Notes under the pieces: model-generated
The model's input: the letters and a program-made list of their open reading frames with translations, nothing else
Database searches by the model: none
What the model was told of the DNA's origin: nothing
Shown here: positions 61,074-64,000 of the stretch, piece after piece
How the letters are laid out: each line of letters begins with the position of its first letter
Position numbering within the stretch: position 1 is the first letter of the stretch
NCBI GenBank assembly: GCA_900617105.1
Contig: UYFQ01000001.1
Coordinates: 930,001-994,000, forward strand
Direction: 5' to 3'
DNA length: 64,000 nt
Origin: Hydrurus foetidus
Taxonomy: Eukaryota
Made by a program: the position numbers and the translations under genes

Positions 61074-61406
61074 ATGTTCAACAAAGGACAACTCGCCGGT
61101 CTCATGAAGCAGGCTCAGGCCATGCAAGACAACATGAAAAAGGCGCAAGACGACCTCGGCAACATCGAAGTCACCGGTGAATCGGGTGCGGGCATGGTCA
61201 AAGTCACCATGACCTGCAAGCACGATGTGAAGCGCGTCACCATCGACCCCAGCCTGCTGGCCGAAGACAAAGACATGCTGGAAGACTTGGTGGCAGCCGC
61301 CTTCAACGCCGCCGTGCGCAAGGCTGAGGACACCAGCCAAGAGAAGATGGGCAAGATCGCTGCTGGTATGCCCAGCCTGCCCGGTGGCATGAAGTTTCCG
61401 TTCTGA
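61074..61406 (+). CDS. ybaB: YbaB/EbfC nucleoid-associated protein
   Basis: [20 protein letters not shown]; dnaX-ybaB-recR synteny. Confidence 0.95.
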   Translation: MFNKGQLAGLMKQAQAMQDNMKKAQDDLGNIEVTGESGAGMVKVTMTCKHDVKRVTIDPSLLAEDKDMLEDLVAAAFNAAVRKAEDTSQEKMGKIAAGMPSLPGGMKFPF

Positions 61407-61453
61407 TCCCCCTTCTACATTTTCTACATTCCCCACATTCCTGATTTAGCCCC

Positions 61454-62057
61454 TTGACTGCATCCCCCCACAGCAAAAATGCCCTTGATGCGCTGATTCA
61501 GGCGTTGCGGCATTTGCCCGGCGTGGGGGATAAATCAGCGTCGCGCATGGCGTTTCATCTCATGCAGCACGACCGTGCAGGCGCATTGGCGCTGTCTGAG
61601 GCTTTGGTACCGTGCAGCACTGTTGTGCCACACCTTCACTCAAGACGAGGTGTGCAGCACCTGCCTTGACGTGGAGCGTGACCGCAGCAAGCTTTGCGTG
61701 GTCGAAACCCCCGCAGACCAATGGGTTTTGGAACGCACATCCGCCTACAAAGGCTTGTATTTCGTGCTGATGGGCCGTTTGAGCCCGCTTGACGGCATTG
61801 GCCCCAAAGACATTGGGCTGCAAAAACTGTTTGACCGCGCCTGCCACCGCCATGAAGAGAGTGCGCTCGATGTGCGCGAGGTGATTTTGGCGACCAACTT
61901 CACAGCCGAAGGCGAAGCCACCGCACACGTCATCGCCCAAGCGCTCAAAGCCAGGGGTTTGCAGGTCACACGTTTGGCGCGGGGTGTGCCGGTGGGCAGT
62001 GAGCTGGAATACGTCGATTTGGGCACCATCGCCCATGCCTTGGTGGACAGGCGCTGA
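61454..62057 (+). pseudogene. recR: recR, frameshifted near 61606-61625 (pseudogene or assembly error)
   Basis: [16 protein letters not shown] in one frame, GTVQHC in a second, CHTF..EVILATN..EGEATA in a third. Confidence 0.8.
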
Positions 62058-62141
62058 GGCCCTGCTGAGGCTCAATTACGTAATTACCCGCGCGGGATGT
62101 TCCCGATGCGGTTTGTCTGTGTTTTGTCTACCCTCTGAGGT

Positions 62142-63147
62142 ATGTGCAAAACGAACCCTGATACCAGGCTAAATGCCCCGAGTCAACCTCCAAGTACCCG
62201 CGCGAGCACTGGGGCATTGACTCGCCGTACCTTTCACCTGTCGTTGCTGTTGGCTGCCTCCATCGCTGTGCCCAACGCCTATGCCCAGCCCAAGCCTGAG
62301 CGCAGCAAAATTGCGATTGCGGTAGGTGGTAAAGCGTCGTTTTACCACCTGCCATTGACGATTGCCGAGCAATTGGGTTACTTCAAAGCCGAGGGGCTGG
62401 ATGTAGAGATTGTCGATTTTGCGAGCAGCGCCAGGGCCATGCAAGCGGTGGCGAGTGGGTCTGCCGATGTGGTCAGTGGCGCGTATGAGCAAATTTTGAA
62501 TTTGCAAAGCAAAAATCAATTTTTCCAATCGTTCGTCTTGCAGGGCAGGGCACCTCAAGTGGCGCTGGGCGTGTCCACCAAAACCATGCCTGATTTTCAA
62601 ACCTGGGCTGACCTGAAAGGCCACCGCATGGGCATTGCAGCCCCCGGTGGTTCTACCAACATGGTGGCCAATTTGGTGTTGTCGGGGGCCGGTCTCAAAA
62701 CCAGCGAAGTCAGCTATGTGGGTGTAGGCAACGCCGCTGGGGCATTGGCGGCGCTGCGCAGTGGGCAGATCGACGCCATCAGCAACATGGACCCGGTGAT
62801 GACCATCCTGGAACAAAAAGGCGACGTCAAAATCATCTCTGACACCCGCACGCTCAAAGGCACCTTGGAGGTGTTCGGTGGCCCCATGCCCGCCGCGTGT
62901 TTGTACGCCTCTTATGCGTACCGTGCCCGAGGCCTACTTGCTGGGCGATCAAGGCCTGTATTTGGCAGCGTTTGGCAAAATGCGTGAAGCCATTTCACCA
63001 GATGGTCTGTTTCCTGATGAGGGCAGTAAAACTGCTCTGAGGGCCTTGGGCTTGTTCGATGCCAGCGTGAGCGCTGAGAAATTTGAGTTGGGTAAAACCT
63101 ACACCAACGAGTTTGCGCTTCGGGCGAAAGACAAATTCAAAGCCTGA
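62142..63147 (+). pseudogene. ABC substrate-binding protein (NMT1/SsuA-like) with internal deletion and frameshift near 62915
   Basis: LPLTIAEQLGYF..PAACLYA, then frame change to TVPEAYLLGD..SPDG..YTNEF. Confidence 0.75.
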
Positions 63148-63235
63148 CAAGTGGGTGTGGTGGGTTGTCTAGGCCGACATGCTGCGGTAGGCTGGAATCA
63201 CAAAATTTGGCAGCTGTTAATTTTTTAGATTCTTC

Positions 63236-64000
63236 TCAGTGTTTGGCGACTCGAATCTTGTTGCTGGGTGCCGCCTTCAACGGCGCACTTGAAGTCACAT
63301 TACTGGCCACTTTGGCTGTTGCCTGCTTGCCGACAGGCGCTTTCGCCTGCTTCGCGTTGCTGTTGCCATGTTGTTGCGTGGGTGCCGCTTTTGCCATCAC
63401 CGTATGTGTTTTGATTGGCAAAAACACCACGACCTGCTGGCCCTTTTTAAAGGCTGCTTGTGCACTGACATGGTTCCATTGCGCCACGCTGCTGGCACTC
63501 ACGTTGTAGCGTTGTGCCACGCTGGCCACGGTGTCGGCTTTGTTGGCTTTGACCAGGGACTTGCGCAGCACGATCTCGGGGGCGAGGCTCAGTTGGGCGT
63601 TGTCGGCGACGTGGATGGTGACATCAGCCTGCTGGTTGCCATGGCGTGGCACCAACAGGGTTGACCCCGCTTTGACAAGCATGCGCTGCGGGATGTTGTT
63701 GATGGCGCGGAACTCTGTTTCACCCATGCCTGCTTGGCGAGCGGCATCCACGGGCTTCATCGTCGTGGGGGCGATCCAGGCCGTCCAGCTTGCCAAGCGG
63801 CCACCGGTATAGGCTTCCAGGTTTTGCTGGAAGATGGTGGCGTTGTCCCATGGCAGCAAAATTTGCGGCGTACCCGCCGCCAAAATCACCGGGCGGTTGG
63901 CGGAAGGGTTGAGGGCTTTGAAGTCGTCAAACTTCACCTCAGCGAGCTTGGCGGCCAGGGCCACGTCAATGTCGCGGGTGATGGGGACTTGCTGGAAGTA
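63236..64000 (-). CDS. mltD: LysM-containing lytic transglycosylase MltD, C-terminal part (runs off window)
   Basis: DIDVALAAKLA, LNPS..ILLP, LysM DTVASVAQRY..WN. Confidence 0.8.
   Translation of the reverse strand, partial: YFQQVPITRDIDVALAAKLAEVKFDDFKALNPSANRPVILAAGTPQILLPWDNATIFQQNLEAYTGGRLASWTAWIAPTTMKPVDAARQAGMGETEFRAINNIPQRMLVKAGSTLLVPRHGNQQADVTIHVADNAQLSLAPEIVLRKSLVKANKADTVASVAQRYNVSASSVAQWNHVSAQAAFKKGQQVVVFLPIKTHTVMAKAAPTQQHGNSNAKQAKAPVGKQATAKVASNVTSSAPLKAAPSNKIRVAKH

Overview
GC-rich betaproteobacterial chromosome segment; gene content and repeat style suggest Comamonadaceae (Rhodoferax-like), which is an inference. The backbone holds emrAB, metC, tesA/ybbA, rlmB, a chrA pair, gcvT-H-P with a tandem glycine riboswitch, ETF-QO, hutC/hutH, dnaX-ybaB-recR and a partial mltD. 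Interleaved with it are: (1) five Pho-box-like sites, two of which flank an uncharacterised four-gene lipid-type cluster (GT4, Psd-like decarboxylase, class-III aminotransferase, Mpo1/DUF962-like membrane protein), with the others ahead of two secreted nucleotidases and an EAL-CBS-GGDEF gene; (2) a dispersed 17-bp palindromic motif (GCTAY-N7-RTAGC plus a one-sided tail) seen about 9 times, mostly inside coding sequences; (3) two integrase-free islets bounded by duplicated gene 3' ends (gcvP and a LacI gene); (4) a LutH/LanA-like TonB receptor next to a two-component system and a CDF transporter; (5) IS630 and IS5 elements with visible terminal repeats and target duplications; (6) several genes with internal deletions (fic, recR, an ABC binding protein, a dinJ remnant). 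All calls come from reading the sequence by eye; no database searches were run.
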